A DNA stretch of 64,000 bases, taken from a virus. Lineage: Duplodnaviria > Heunggongvirae > Uroviricota > Caudoviricetes. Of this stretch, positions 10,643 to 20,522 are shown in pieces. The stretch lies in the IMG/VR virus record IMGVR_UViG_3300047323_000678; one strand, written 5' to 3'. The notes beneath the pieces were generated by a model. The model did no database searches. It worked only from the letters and a program-made list of their open reading frames with translations, and had not been told where the DNA came from. A program made the translations under genes and the position numbers. How positions within the stretch are numbered: the first letter of the stretch is position 1; each line of letters opens with the position of its first letter.

Positions 10643-11002
10643 ATGTATAAGACTCAAATCACAGTCAAAGATAAAAATGTTACCTCTGCACAACTAGCTA
10701 ATTTTTTAAAAAAGCATATTGATTCACATCTGAGTATTCCACTTAGTTATTATTTAGATATAGCAAGGAAATTGATTAATGGTGAAACATACACCCATGA
10801 TTATCCCTTAGAAATTCCAAAAAATGATTTTGTTAATGTGTCTACGATTATTGATGAAAATGATCCAGTTGCAAAAATGTTAGCAGAGCGAGATTACTAT
10901 TACGAATTAATGCTAAAAGGAGCAAATGGAGATTCTGAGGCTGCGATTGAATTCTGTAAAGCCGTAAAAGAAGGAAAATACAATAATTCACCTTTTGCAT
11001 AG
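10643..11002 (+). CDS. Hypothetical protein
   Basis: AGGAG RBS before ATG 10643; extended -10 TGCTATAAT upstream. Confidence 0.7.
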   Translation: MYKTQITVKDKNVTSAQLANFLKKHIDSHLSIPLSYYLDIARKLINGETYTHDYPLEIPKNDFVNVSTIIDENDPVAKMLAERDYYYELMLKGANGDSEAAIEFCKAVKEGKYNNSPFA

Positions 11003-11042
11003 GGAAAAAATTTCTTTATAATAATTAAAACAGGAGAGATTT

Positions 11043-11765
11043 ATGAATTTTATTAATATTGAACCATCTTTATACCAGAGTTTTTTTAAAATCTTTGATT
11101 TACCAGATGAAAATGGTGATGTTTATTTTCATGTAGAGCAAGATAATAAAGAAGAACCAATTACTTTGAAAGAAGTATGTGATACCTATGAGATTTCAAG
11201 ATGGGGGTTATTTTCTTTTGCTCATGCAAATATTAAGCTTCAGGAAAAAATTAAATTTGAAGTCATAGAAGAAGATGGTAAAAAATTCACTGTCATGAGA
11301 TTAGCTCCGTTTTTAGGATTGCCAGGCAATAAAGACTTCAAATCAGAATTAAATGATTTAAAAGATTTATTGGCTTGGTTCAAAGAGAAAGCTTTAGAAA
11401 CACCAAGCAATAATTTAAAGATTATATTGGATGCATTTGGTGAAACAGCTAAATTATCATTATATGGAAGAAACAAAGAATTAACGGCTCAATTAGAAAA
11501 AGAAATGTTTGAGAAAATTGAGAAATCACCTAATTTAACTCAGTGGGTCGAGAACCAAAAAGAAGGTATTCTTAGTGCCAAAGGTAGGTTACATGATTTA
11601 ACGGCTCGCTTTACAGCAGATGAATTAATGAATTTAGAAGAGAAAATGGAATACAGTAAATTGCAAGGTCCTACTCCAAAAACAGATTACCGTGACAATC
11701 ATCAAAGTAATTTAAGAAAAAATAAATTACCCAAAACAAGTAAAAAGAAACATAGTTTTTGGTAA
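11043..11765 (+). CDS. Hypothetical protein
   Basis: 240-aa ORF, GGAG RBS, followed by terminator 11769-11791. Confidence 0.7.
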   Translation: MNFINIEPSLYQSFFKIFDLPDENGDVYFHVEQDNKEEPITLKEVCDTYEISRWGLFSFAHANIKLQEKIKFEVIEEDGKKFTVMRLAPFLGLPGNKDFKSELNDLKDLLAWFKEKALETPSNNLKIILDAFGETAKLSLYGRNKELTAQLEKEMFEKIEKSPNLTQWVENQKEGILSAKGRLHDLTARFTADELMNLEEKMEYSKLQGPTPKTDYRDNHQSNLRKNKLPKTSKKKHSFW

Positions 11766-11839
11766 AAGAAAGCACCTTGTGGTGCTTTTTTATTAACATT
11801 CATTTGTAATCTTAAGATTAACTGATAAGATATCTAAAA

Positions 11840-12085
11840 ATGGATTTTTTTATGACTATTCTTTTCTTATCATTTATCTCATTAATCTTAAGTGTAGTTG
11901 TCTATTTCCTTTTAGGAGTAAATATTCCAGGATGTGCTCGCTTTAATAGCATTCCTTTTGGTGGTTGTGGCTATAGTGACGAAACTACCATCTTTAGCCT
12001 TATCTTTTGGTTTATTATATTTTTTAGTATAATTTTATTAATAAGATTAATAATAAAAAAGAAAAATGCTAACCAAGATAGATAA
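11840..12085 (+). CDS. Small two-TM membrane protein
   Basis: Two hydrophobic segments around a CARF...GGCG loop. Confidence 0.6.
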   Translation: MDFFMTILFLSFISLILSVVVYFLLGVNIPGCARFNSIPFGGCGYSDETTIFSLIFWFIIFFSIILLIRLIIKKKNANQDR

Positions 12086-12671
12086 ATATAGATATTCTAA
12101 CCTACCGCAAGTAAAGATTAACGAAGCATTTTGCAATGCTTGTAGAACAGGAGATTTAGAATTAGTTAAATATTTACTATTGGATAAAAATATTATAAAT
12201 GCTCAAATTGAGCATGGAAATTATATCGGAGCTAGAATCGCTTGTAGTGGAAAGCATAATGATATTCTTAAATTTTTATTAGAAGCAGAAGAGTTAAAAA
12301 AGAAAACACCAATCAATACAGGTAAAGGTATATTCTTAAGGGTATGTGTAGAACAGAACAATACAGAAATGATGGATTATTTTCTGAAAAATAATCCAAA
12401 AATGAACCTCAATCAAAATGATGATGAAATATTTAAATCATTAATGTCAAATTTTAATAAAAATAAAGACATGATCAAATATTTAATTGTTAATTATAAT
12501 TTACCAAAAACTCAAAATATAGAAGATTTTCTTGAAGAAAAAAATAGAGGCATTGAAGAAAAAAAATTAGTTAATGAATGGTTTCAAAAAAGAACTTTGA
12601 TGGAACAATTAGATAAAGAATTTAATCAAACAAAGTTAACACCAACCAAATCTAAAAAAATTAAAGTTTGA
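12066..12671 (+). CDS. Ankyrin-repeat protein
   Basis: FCNACRTGDLELVKYLL and ARIACSGKHNDILKFLL repeats; ends KSKKIKV with the stop codon supplied by the IS end. Confidence 0.8.
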   Translation: MLTKIDKYRYSNLPQVKINEAFCNACRTGDLELVKYLLLDKNIINAQIEHGNYIGARIACSGKHNDILKFLLEAEELKKKTPINTGKGIFLRVCVEQNNTEMMDYFLKNNPKMNLNQNDDEIFKSLMSNFNKNKDMIKYLIVNYNLPKTQNIEDFLEEKNRGIEEKKLVNEWFQKRTLMEQLDKEFNQTKLTPTKSKKIKV

Positions 12672-14135
12672 ACTACCCCGCCTTAAAAGACGGGGATTCC
12701 TGTTTCGTTGGAAACAGCCTTAGTCTTCTTAGAAATAATTTTCCTTGAAGATTTAGGTCTGACATTTCCTCCACAAGCATTAACCGTAGTTCCTACGGTA
12801 GTTTTTTTATATTTATGTAAGTTTAGACAAGCATTTTCATCTCTATCATGGACAGCATTACAGGCTACACAAGTCCAAGTTCTATCTGATAATTTAAGAC
12901 CATGATTGATATACTTACAACAATTACATTCTTTGGAGCTTGGATAGAATCTATCTACCTCAATAATTTCCCTATTATGCCACTGAGCTTTATAAGTTAT
13001 CATATTATTGAATTTAGACCAAGCCACAGTATGAATCGCTCTACTTAACTTACGGTTTTTCATCATATTTTTAACAGCTAAATTTTCCCTAACAATCACT
13101 TGGTTTTCGTTAATTATTTTTGTGGATAATTTATGGTAGCTATCTGTTAAGATATTTAATTTCTTTTCATGTAGCTTTGCTACTTTAATTCTTTGTTTAT
13201 TTCTATTTTTACTTCCTTTTTGTCTTCTACTCATTATTCTTTGAGCTTTTCTCAATTTTTTATCCACCGCCTTGATTAATTCAGGTAAATTAAAACCATA
13301 GAAATTATTACCATCATAAACTTTAGCTGTTGTTTTCAATCCTAAATCATAGCTAGTTTTTTGTTGAGTATTATTGCTTTGATTCTTTACTTCTTTAGCT
13401 TGAATAGATTCTTCAACTAAAAATGAAATATAATATTTACCTGAAGGTTCCTGAGAAATAGTAACTGAAGATACAGCTAAATGATTAAATTTTCTACTAA
13501 ACTTAATGTTTAAAGGTTTATTATATTTAGGTAGAAAAAACTGTTTATTTTTCAGAAAATGTTCATCAAAATGAAGAGAATTTTTACCAGTAATGGTAAA
13601 TGAATTCTTATTTAATTTCTTTTTAAATTGAGGATAACCACCAATACCTTTGAAAAATCTGTCATATGCAGTATTGAGATGCATAATAGACTGTTGCAGA
13701 GCAATAGAACTAACTTCTTTCAACCATGAATATTCAGGGTTAGATTTAAGAGTTTTAATATAATTAATTCTATCAGTAGAACTTAATAGCTTATATTCAG
13801 GATTAACAACCAATTTATCATTAGCTAAGAATTTAGATTTATAATGTTCTTCAGAATATTTAAGAGTCTGATTATAGACGAAACGAGAGCAACCAAAGGT
13901 TTTAGCCAAAAGAATAATTAAATCCTTCTGAGGATAAAACCTAAATTTATATGCTCGCTTTATAATCTTACTCATAGTTAATCAGATTATTAAAATCAAC
14001 TACATTTGTCAATCTATTAGACTGTTTGATTTTAATTTTCAACTGAATTAATCTAAAATAATTAAATATCAACCCCCATTGGGTTGGCGAGCTTGTATCA
14101 CCGCCCTGAAGGACGGTGTTTTACTCTCGTTTAGG
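12668..14135 (-). mobile_element. IS200/IS605-family element, tnpB only (IS1341-like, non-autonomous)
   Basis: On the minus strand: left end TTAT|CCTAAACGAGAGTAAAACACCGTCCTTCAGGGCGGTG hairpin, right end GGAATCCCCGTCTTTTAAGGCGGGGTAGTTCAA; no room for tnpA. Confidence 0.85.
12683..13975 (-). CDS. tnpB: RNA-guided endonuclease TnpB
   Basis: KRAYKFRFYP N-terminus, RuvC motifs YDLGLK / RENL / DRDENA, Zn finger CNCC...CVAC. Confidence 0.95.
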   Translation of the reverse strand: MSKIIKRAYKFRFYPQKDLIILLAKTFGCSRFVYNQTLKYSEEHYKSKFLANDKLVVNPEYKLLSSTDRINYIKTLKSNPEYSWLKEVSSIALQQSIMHLNTAYDRFFKGIGGYPQFKKKLNKNSFTITGKNSLHFDEHFLKNKQFFLPKYNKPLNIKFSRKFNHLAVSSVTISQEPSGKYYISFLVEESIQAKEVKNQSNNTQQKTSYDLGLKTTAKVYDGNNFYGFNLPELIKAVDKKLRKAQRIMSRRQKGSKNRNKQRIKVAKLHEKKLNILTDSYHKLSTKIINENQVIVRENLAVKNMMKNRKLSRAIHTVAWSKFNNMITYKAQWHNREIIEVDRFYPSSKECNCCKYINHGLKLSDRTWTCVACNAVHDRDENACLNLHKYKKTTVGTTVNACGGNVRPKSSRKIISKKTKAVSNETGIPVF

Positions 14136-14212
14136 ATAAAAAATAATTTTATTATCCAATTCTTAATTTTGTGATAGAATATCATCAAATATTAAAAGGA
14201 TTAAAACAAATT

Positions 14213-15088
14213 ATGGATAAAATAGAATTCACAATTGGCGAGATTACAGAAATAAAGAACAGTAATATTCGTGAGTATGATGTCCAAGTTATTCTTAATG
14301 GAACTGTATTAACTCATCAAATTTTTAATGCTGGTGATGTTGTTCCAACAAGCCGTTTTGATTTCGCACAATTTGATTTATTTACTTGTGGTTGTGGTGT
14401 AGCAGGATGTGCTGGTTTTTTCACAAGGGTCATCCATCAAAAAACTAATAATTCAGTAAAATGGACTTTCCCCGATGACAATTCTTATATTGTTGAAAAA
14501 CTAGAATATGAATTTGATCGTTCTGAGTTTGAAAATGCTTTAGAAAATCTTCGTAATAAAATGTTAGATTTGGAAAAAGATAATTGCTATCCATGCTCAT
14601 TTATTGATTACGATAGCTCTTATGGTGAAGCTAATCCCAATTACAAACCTAAAAGCTCTGTTCTAGAAGCTTTTGAATGGTGCGAAAATTACTATAAGGC
14701 AGAACAGAATTTTGACAAACTACTAAAAGAAAAATTTTCCGATTTTTATAATAAATCATTTGTGTTTCAATATAATGACAAAAGGTCTGAGGAAAAACTA
14801 GATTTTAAATATTTAGTTTGCCGTGTTATGAATGAATGGCCTTCACCAAAAAAAACAAAAGCATATTTGAAAAAAGCTGAAGCAACAGGTAATGCTGTTG
14901 TAGAATTTATATCAAATAAAAACTCTAAACCTTTTGTTAAAATGGCATATAGTTCATATAGTCAGTTTAGCCAAAGTGACGCAAATGATTATGAATCAGT
15001 TATGATTGATACTTTCGGAAATGATTTGGAAAGTATTATTGATGCAGAAAATTTTTCTTTAAAAGATTTACAACTAGTCACTGTTTAA
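14213..15088 (+). CDS. Hypothetical protein (CGCGVAGC motif)
   Basis: AAGGA RBS before ATG 14213; Cys cluster suggests metal binding. Confidence 0.7.
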   Translation: MDKIEFTIGEITEIKNSNIREYDVQVILNGTVLTHQIFNAGDVVPTSRFDFAQFDLFTCGCGVAGCAGFFTRVIHQKTNNSVKWTFPDDNSYIVEKLEYEFDRSEFENALENLRNKMLDLEKDNCYPCSFIDYDSSYGEANPNYKPKSSVLEAFEWCENYYKAEQNFDKLLKEKFSDFYNKSFVFQYNDKRSEEKLDFKYLVCRVMNEWPSPKKTKAYLKKAEATGNAVVEFISNKNSKPFVKMAYSSYSQFSQSDANDYESVMIDTFGNDLESIIDAENFSLKDLQLVTV

Positions 15089-15100
15089 TAGGAGAAAATC

Positions 15101-15226
15101 ATGTTGAAAAAATATTGGGTAAAATTTGTTAAATGGCATAACGAACGCGAGCTTCAAGATTATTATGATCCATTTTCAGGAACAGTTATGTTAGCAAAGA
15201 AAAAAGATAAAAATAAATCAAATTAA
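15101..15226 (+). CDS. Small hypothetical protein (41 aa)
   Basis: AGGAG RBS; MLKKYWVKFVKWHNERELQDYYDPFSG...; followed by terminator 15231-15258. Confidence 0.5.
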   Translation: MLKKYWVKFVKWHNERELQDYYDPFSGTVMLAKKKDKNKSN

Positions 15227-15307
15227 ATTAAAAGCTCTGATTGTTCAGGGCTTTTTTGTTTTCTATTATTTTTTTGTATAATATTCTAAACAAAAGAATA
15301 TTTAATT

Positions 15308-15856
15308 ATGGAAAACGAATTAGATGAAGAATTGCAATATGAGATTGATTGGCAATTGCGACAAGAGTGCTATAATCTAGGAAATATCAAAGACATATTG
15401 GATTTAATCAGAAAAGGTGCAAATATACATCATTTTGATGAAGAATCAATGAGTTCACCATTAAGTGTTGCTGCTTCAATGAACAATGTAGAACTTGTAG
15501 AGTTCTTTTTAAAAAGAGGTGTTTCTCCCAAAGAACACAATAATTTAGCTCTAGAAGAAGCTTCAAGATATTACTGTCTTGATACAATTCCATTATTAAT
15601 TAAAAATGGAGCAATAGTGAAACCTGATATGTTTTTGAATGCATATAATGCAGGAAATTGGGAAGTTGCCCAATACTTTATTGAAAATTTCAACATTATT
15701 TTATCTGAACAAGTTCTAGAAAGAATCAAAAATGATGATCAAAGCTTTTTTAATGAAGTAAATCGCATAGTTAAAACAAGAATTCTTCATTCTGATTTAA
15801 GTAAAGAACTATCTTGTTCAGAAGAAGTAGAGAATAATAAAAAACTAAAAATCTAA
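15308..15856 (+). CDS. Ankyrin-repeat protein
   Basis: SPLSVAASMNNVELVEFFLKRG, ALEEASRYYCLDTIPLLIKNGA; tail NNKKLKI. Confidence 0.85.
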   Translation: MENELDEELQYEIDWQLRQECYNLGNIKDILDLIRKGANIHHFDEESMSSPLSVAASMNNVELVEFFLKRGVSPKEHNNLALEEASRYYCLDTIPLLIKNGAIVKPDMFLNAYNAGNWEVAQYFIENFNIILSEQVLERIKNDDQSFFNEVNRIVKTRILHSDLSKELSCSEEVENNKKLKI

Positions 15857-15919
15857 GTAAATAAAGTCATTTTTATGCTATAATAACTTCATCTTAAAAT
15901 ACAATTCATAGGTGAAAAA

Positions 15920-16183
15920 ATGGGTAAAACTGTTAAAGATAAGGCTAATTACTACTCACATCACTTGGCTCATGATAATCCTTTCTATATCAATAAGCCT
16001 GGAAAACATAAAATTCCTGCCAATGAAATTCCTAACTGCCTAAAGCCAATGATTGATAAACTCAGTTATGGCTGTTCTGGTCTTCGTCATGGTAACAATC
16101 GAAATATGTATTCTGAAGCTAAAGTCATTGAGCGTCGTGCAAAACGAGCAAAGGAAAAGAACGAAACACGAAAAGAAATTTAA
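15920..16183 (+). CDS. Hypothetical basic protein
   Basis: 87-aa ORF, AGGTG RBS, own -10. Confidence 0.65.
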   Translation: MGKTVKDKANYYSHHLAHDNPFYINKPGKHKIPANEIPNCLKPMIDKLSYGCSGLRHGNNRNMYSEAKVIERRAKRAKEKNETRKEI

Positions 16184-16264
16184 TTATTTTGAATTTTTAT
16201 TTCTTTAAAAAGCAATTCATTACCCAATCTTTTGAAGTCATGAAAAATGAAATCAAATTACACA

Positions 16265-16645
16265 CTATTCATCAAGTGTTTTACTATCACCTAAAATTTT
16301 CATTAAATCTTCAGCTTCTTCTTTTATTTTATTGATCATTTCTTGAGTCCAAGTAGCTTGACTAAAACGAATTAATGAAAATGGTTTATCATCAGTTTCT
16401 TCAAATCCAAGATACCAGTAAAAAATATTGCCAGGTTCAAGTTTAGGATAAAGAGGATCTACAGGAAATGAAATAAGATCCATTTCGGCACTTAAATCCT
16501 CAATTCCATAAGTTTCATCATGTAACTCCACAAATACTCTAGAACCATCTAGTTCAGCAATATGCCCAGAAAATACTTGCTCTAGTGTTACTTTGGGAAA
16601 CTCTTTTTGAACTTGATCAACAAGTTCTTGCATATATTTTTCCAT
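16265..16645 (-). CDS. Hypothetical protein
   Basis: 126-aa ORF, AGGAG RBS; TAG stop. Confidence 0.7.
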   Translation of the reverse strand: MEKYMQELVDQVQKEFPKVTLEQVFSGHIAELDGSRVFVELHDETYGIEDLSAEMDLISFPVDPLYPKLEPGNIFYWYLGFEETDDKPFSLIRFSQATWTQEMINKIKEEAEDLMKILGDSKTLDE

Positions 16646-16782
16646 GACATCACTCCTAAAATACTAGAGTAATTAAATTAAATCATAATCGCAAGAGAAA
16701 TATTATACGAAATTTTAACTCTAAAAATAAAAAACAATGTATAATAGGGTCTTTAAAAGAAAACCATACAAAGGAGCATTGA

Positions 16783-17499
16783 ATGAAAACTTGGCATACT
16801 TTTCTTGCTTGGATGTATCGCTTTAATTTTCAATATGATCACATGCCCAAAAATGAGCGTTTTCGCATGTTCTCTGTATTTGCTGTAATTTTTATGATGC
16901 AAGCTGCACTTCTTCCAATGGTTTTGTCTTTTTTGGTAAAGAAAAATCTTTCAGATATTAGCTTAGCTCTCTTTTTAATTTTTGCAGCCGCTATTGCAGC
17001 ATTCCGTATTCCTTACCTGAAAGGTAAATTGGATAAATACATGCCTGTTTCCAACTATCTTAAAAAAGAAGTGGAACGGCAATTTATTTTGTATTTAAAT
17101 CAGTTTAGTGGCAATGAAAAAGATAAAAAAGCAGTACTTTTACAAAAAGCAAATACAGTGTTTGGCGTACTTTATCGTTTTAATATTCCATCAATTATGG
17201 TCTTAACAGAAAATAATAAAAAATTGATAGAGCAGCAAATTCATGCATACATGGAATATTTAAAGGAACAGTCAAAACATTTTGATAATCAAAAAGACCA
17301 TATTGATGAATCTGTAAATAATACATTACGAAATTCATATTTAAGTATTTTAGGCTTACATAATTCTGCCACTTTAGATGACATTAAAAAAGCTTATCGC
17401 AAATTGGCAATGAAATGGCATCCAGATAGAAACCCTGGAAGTCAAATAGCAGAAGAAAAATTTAAAGAAATTAAAGCTGCTTACGAACATCTTTGTTAA
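16783..17499 (+). CDS. Membrane protein with C-terminal J-domain (DnaJ-like)
   Basis: Two TM helices then YLSILGL...[17 protein letters not shown]...[14 protein letters not shown] with intact HPD. Confidence 0.9.
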   Translation: MKTWHTFLAWMYRFNFQYDHMPKNERFRMFSVFAVIFMMQAALLPMVLSFLVKKNLSDISLALFLIFAAAIAAFRIPYLKGKLDKYMPVSNYLKKEVERQFILYLNQFSGNEKDKKAVLLQKANTVFGVLYRFNIPSIMVLTENNKKLIEQQIHAYMEYLKEQSKHFDNQKDHIDESVNNTLRNSYLSILGLHNSATLDDIKKAYRKLAMKWHPDRNPGSQIAEEKFKEIKAAYEHLC

Positions 17500-17507
17500 T
17501 CCACTAA

Positions 17508-17533
17508 GCAGATTAGAAATAGTCTGCTTTTTT
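17508..17533 (+). terminator. GCAGA-family terminator hairpin (outlier copy)
   Basis: GCAGATTAGAAATAGTCTGC followed by T run. Confidence 0.85.
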
Positions 17534-17608
17534 ACTTAAAAATTGTCCCTAAAATCTAAAAATCTAGTATAATAAACCTATTCCAAAATTCTCCATTAAG
17601 GTAAATTC

Positions 17609-18022
17609 ATGAGCATCTTTGATAGTTTTTTGTCTTGTATTTATGAACTTAACTATTCTCATGATCAAATGAGTAAGCCTAGTCGTGATCATACTATTAT
17701 TCAACTTGGTTGTTTGGTCATGGTTATTTCCATGATTTTTCCAATGGCTATTTGCATTGATACAAATCTAGACTATCCACGAACTGCATGGTTGATGTTT
17801 AGTATTTGCATGGCTATTGCCTGTGCATTTCGTATCCCATATAAAATGGGTAAACTCAATAAATATGCAATTAAAAAGGTAGAAAATAACAACAATTTTA
17901 ATCGCTCAAAGAATGATTCTTTTGATGAATTAGTACGAAAGATTAATTATTTAAAAGAAGAATTAGATATAGAACTACCAGTAAATAAGCCGCAAAAAAT
18001 ACCTAAAAGAATCAAAATTTAA
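17609..18022 (+). CDS. Paralog of the 16783 TM domain ending in the basic tail instead of a J-domain
   Basis: FLSCIYELNYSHDQMSK...AFRIPYKMGKLNKY matches [17 protein letters not shown]...[14 protein letters not shown]; ends EELDIELPVNKPQKIPKRIKI. Confidence 0.75.
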   Translation: MSIFDSFLSCIYELNYSHDQMSKPSRDHTIIQLGCLVMVISMIFPMAICIDTNLDYPRTAWLMFSICMAIACAFRIPYKMGKLNKYAIKKVENNNNFNRSKNDSFDELVRKINYLKEELDIELPVNKPQKIPKRIKI

Positions 18023-18162
18023 CAAAAGTCTAATAATTCGAGTTTGCTTTATTTAAAGGTTCTTGGTTTGGATGCAATAAAGATCCTAAAGCAGAACAAA
18101 CATTTAAAACAATTAATTCAGCATATGAAAATCTTTGCCAATGCATAAATCATTATGAATAA
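18023..18162 (+). pseudogene. Orphaned, internally deleted J-domain remnant
   Basis: YLKVLGLDA then, in another frame, NKDPKAEQTFKTINSAYENLC; the helix II/HPD segment is missing. Confidence 0.65.
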
Positions 18163-18790
18163 ATTTTTTTCTTATATTTATGAAATTAATTGGCGGTTCT
18201 TACGCTTGCAAAATCAGTCTGATTTTCCATTTTTGCCATTAATGACTATTCTTTTATGGATTCCTGTGGGGATTATCGGGTGGTTTTTGATTTGTCGTAT
18301 GGAATTGCCACCTTGGTTAATTATATTGACAAGTATTCCATGCCTTGCTTTTTCTTTATTTTTTAGTGATGATTTTATTCAAGAAAAATTTAAGAAATTT
18401 GAATCGGAAAAAGTTAAATTTGGTAAAGAAGTAGATGAGAAATATATTGAATTGCAAAAAATTTGCTATTCTCATGCTAGAGATACAAAAAAAATTAAAG
18501 AACTTGCAAATTTTGTCTTCCCAAATTTGTTGCAGCTACATAGAAAAAAAGAAGTAGAAGAAAAAATTTATCATTGCTTTAGATCAGTAGTTTCCAAAGA
18601 TAATTTGGATACAATGTATTATTTTATTATTGATTTAAATGTTAAAGTATCAGAAGAATACAGTGAAAATTTAAAAAAACAATATCCTGAATTAGAAAAG
18701 TTATTTAATTTTAATAATTTAAATCATGAGTTAAGTAATGATTTAAAAATTAATAAGCCTAAACAAAGTTCAAAAAAAATTAAAATTTAA
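18155..18790 (+). CDS. TM protein fused to ankyrin-type C-terminal module and tail
   Basis: N-terminus FFSYIYEINW resembles the two preceding genes; C-terminus closely resembles that of 7398..9278. Confidence 0.7.
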   Translation: MNKFFSYIYEINWRFLRLQNQSDFPFLPLMTILLWIPVGIIGWFLICRMELPPWLIILTSIPCLAFSLFFSDDFIQEKFKKFESEKVKFGKEVDEKYIELQKICYSHARDTKKIKELANFVFPNLLQLHRKKEVEEKIYHCFRSVVSKDNLDTMYYFIIDLNVKVSEEYSENLKKQYPELEKLFNFNNLNHELSNDLKINKPKQSSKKIKI

Positions 18791-18861
18791 CCATAAGCCA
18801 TCTCAATGATGGCTTTTTTATTTTAAATTGTTAAAATTAAAGAAATGAACAAGAGAATCAA

Positions 18862-19620
18862 ATGAATATAATAGAAGCAAAAAAAATATATAGAGATGCT
18901 TGTTATAATGGCATTTTAAAAGACATAAAAGTAATGATAAAAACATATGGCATTAGTGAATTAGACCACTTTCCAGATGATAGTGAATCGTTATCTTGGG
19001 CTTTTCGAAGAAAACATTTTGATATTGTAGATTATCTTTTATTCAGCAATGATACAAAACAATATTTTAAAGTTCCATATAGCCTTATGTATGATTTATC
19101 TAGATTTAATCATGAAGTTATTGAGTACCTTTGTAATAATGAAAAAATCCAATCTATATTAAATATATTTGATTCTAGTTATTATTTAAGAATTTTAAAA
19201 AGTGCATGTGAGCACGGACTTGTAGATACAATTGAAAAATTAGTATTATCAGAAAAAAGTAAAGAATTTTGGAGAGAAAAAATAATAGCATTAAATGAAA
19301 TTGCTTCTAGTAAAAATCCTAATGTTAAAAATTTTGATACTATTTATTCACAAGTTTTAAATGATGAAAAAAGTGATAAAAAGTTATTTGAAAACAATTT
19401 ATTAGCAAGTCTCTTCTCAGCCTTAGGTGAGGATAATTTAGATATAGCTAGTTATTTAATACTAGATAAAAATTTACAAATTCAGAAGCAGGATAGAGAA
19501 ATAATAAAGAAAAGTTTTCCTAATGGTGAAAAGTTATTTTTAACAAGAGAGTTGAATCAGACTTTAACTAAAGATATATCATCAGAAACAAACAAAATTA
19601 GAAAATCCAACAAACTATAA
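18862..19620 (+). CDS. Ankyrin-like repeat protein
   Basis: YRDACYNGILKDIKVMI, LSWAFRRKHFDIVDYLL, LKSACEHGLVDTIEKLV; tail KIRKSNKL. Confidence 0.75.
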   Translation: MNIIEAKKIYRDACYNGILKDIKVMIKTYGISELDHFPDDSESLSWAFRRKHFDIVDYLLFSNDTKQYFKVPYSLMYDLSRFNHEVIEYLCNNEKIQSILNIFDSSYYLRILKSACEHGLVDTIEKLVLSEKSKEFWREKIIALNEIASSKNPNVKNFDTIYSQVLNDEKSDKKLFENNLLASLFSALGEDNLDIASYLILDKNLQIQKQDREIIKKSFPNGEKLFLTRELNQTLTKDISSETNKIRKSNKL

Positions 19621-19684
19621 AAAATAAATGACACTAATTTTTTAATAGGATATAATCATAATAATATTTAGTGAAAGAATTATT

Positions 19685-20170
19685 ATGACTTTTAAAGTAG
19701 CCAAAATTTCAGGACCAATGGGAGAATGTGATTGCTGTGGTTGCTACTCAGCATCAGGATATAATATTTATTTCAATGATGAACTCATTTGGCGCCAGTA
19801 TTCAGATGGTCATTTAGGAGGGGATTGTTCAGAGGAATCCATCCTGAATGCAGTCGTTAATGCTTGGAATGAATTCAATATTCAAAAAATTGAAGCTCAA
19901 TTTACTGAAGAGAAACGCCATGAATGGAATAAAGATCATCCAGGTAATGGAGTTGCTAGAACTGTAGAAAATTGGAAAGAATATAAAGAACAAATGCTAG
20001 AGTTTCAAAAAGATGCATTTGATTCTGTGAAAGAATCTTGCTCCAATCTCCCTTATGATGAAACACTACAAGTTAAAATGATTTGTCTTTGGATCGAATC
20101 ACATTCAGGAGAAAAAATTCAAGTGTTGGAAGATACTGAGTATGAAGGTGATTATGACGAAGAATTTTAA
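19685..20170 (+). CDS. Hypothetical protein (CDCCGC motif)
   Basis: 161-aa ORF; no family recognised. Confidence 0.7.
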   Translation: MTFKVAKISGPMGECDCCGCYSASGYNIYFNDELIWRQYSDGHLGGDCSEESILNAVVNAWNEFNIQKIEAQFTEEKRHEWNKDHPGNGVARTVENWKEYKEQMLEFQKDAFDSVKESCSNLPYDETLQVKMICLWIESHSGEKIQVLEDTEYEGDYDEEF

Positions 20171-20522
20171 TGGGTGACTTGATTTATTGAGTTTTTTTAA
20201 TATACTGCTTTCATTAACTTTGAAGGCATAAAATGAATACTCAATTAAAAGAAGAAATAATAGATATCGTTAGTATAATTTTAGGTGTTATAGCAGTATG
20301 CTGTTTTTCATATTTTGTAGTGGAAAAAGCTGGTGATGAAATTAATCATTATATGAATAGTGTATATCAAAAAAGACCTTATTGAACTTGTTTAGTTTCA
20401 ACTAAATAACTAAATAAGCTAATTTAACCATAAAAAACATACAGACTTCTGCCTGTATGTTTTTGTTTTATTTAATAGTATATTTATAATTAAAAATATA
20501 ATAGAAAATAAAAGGAATAATC

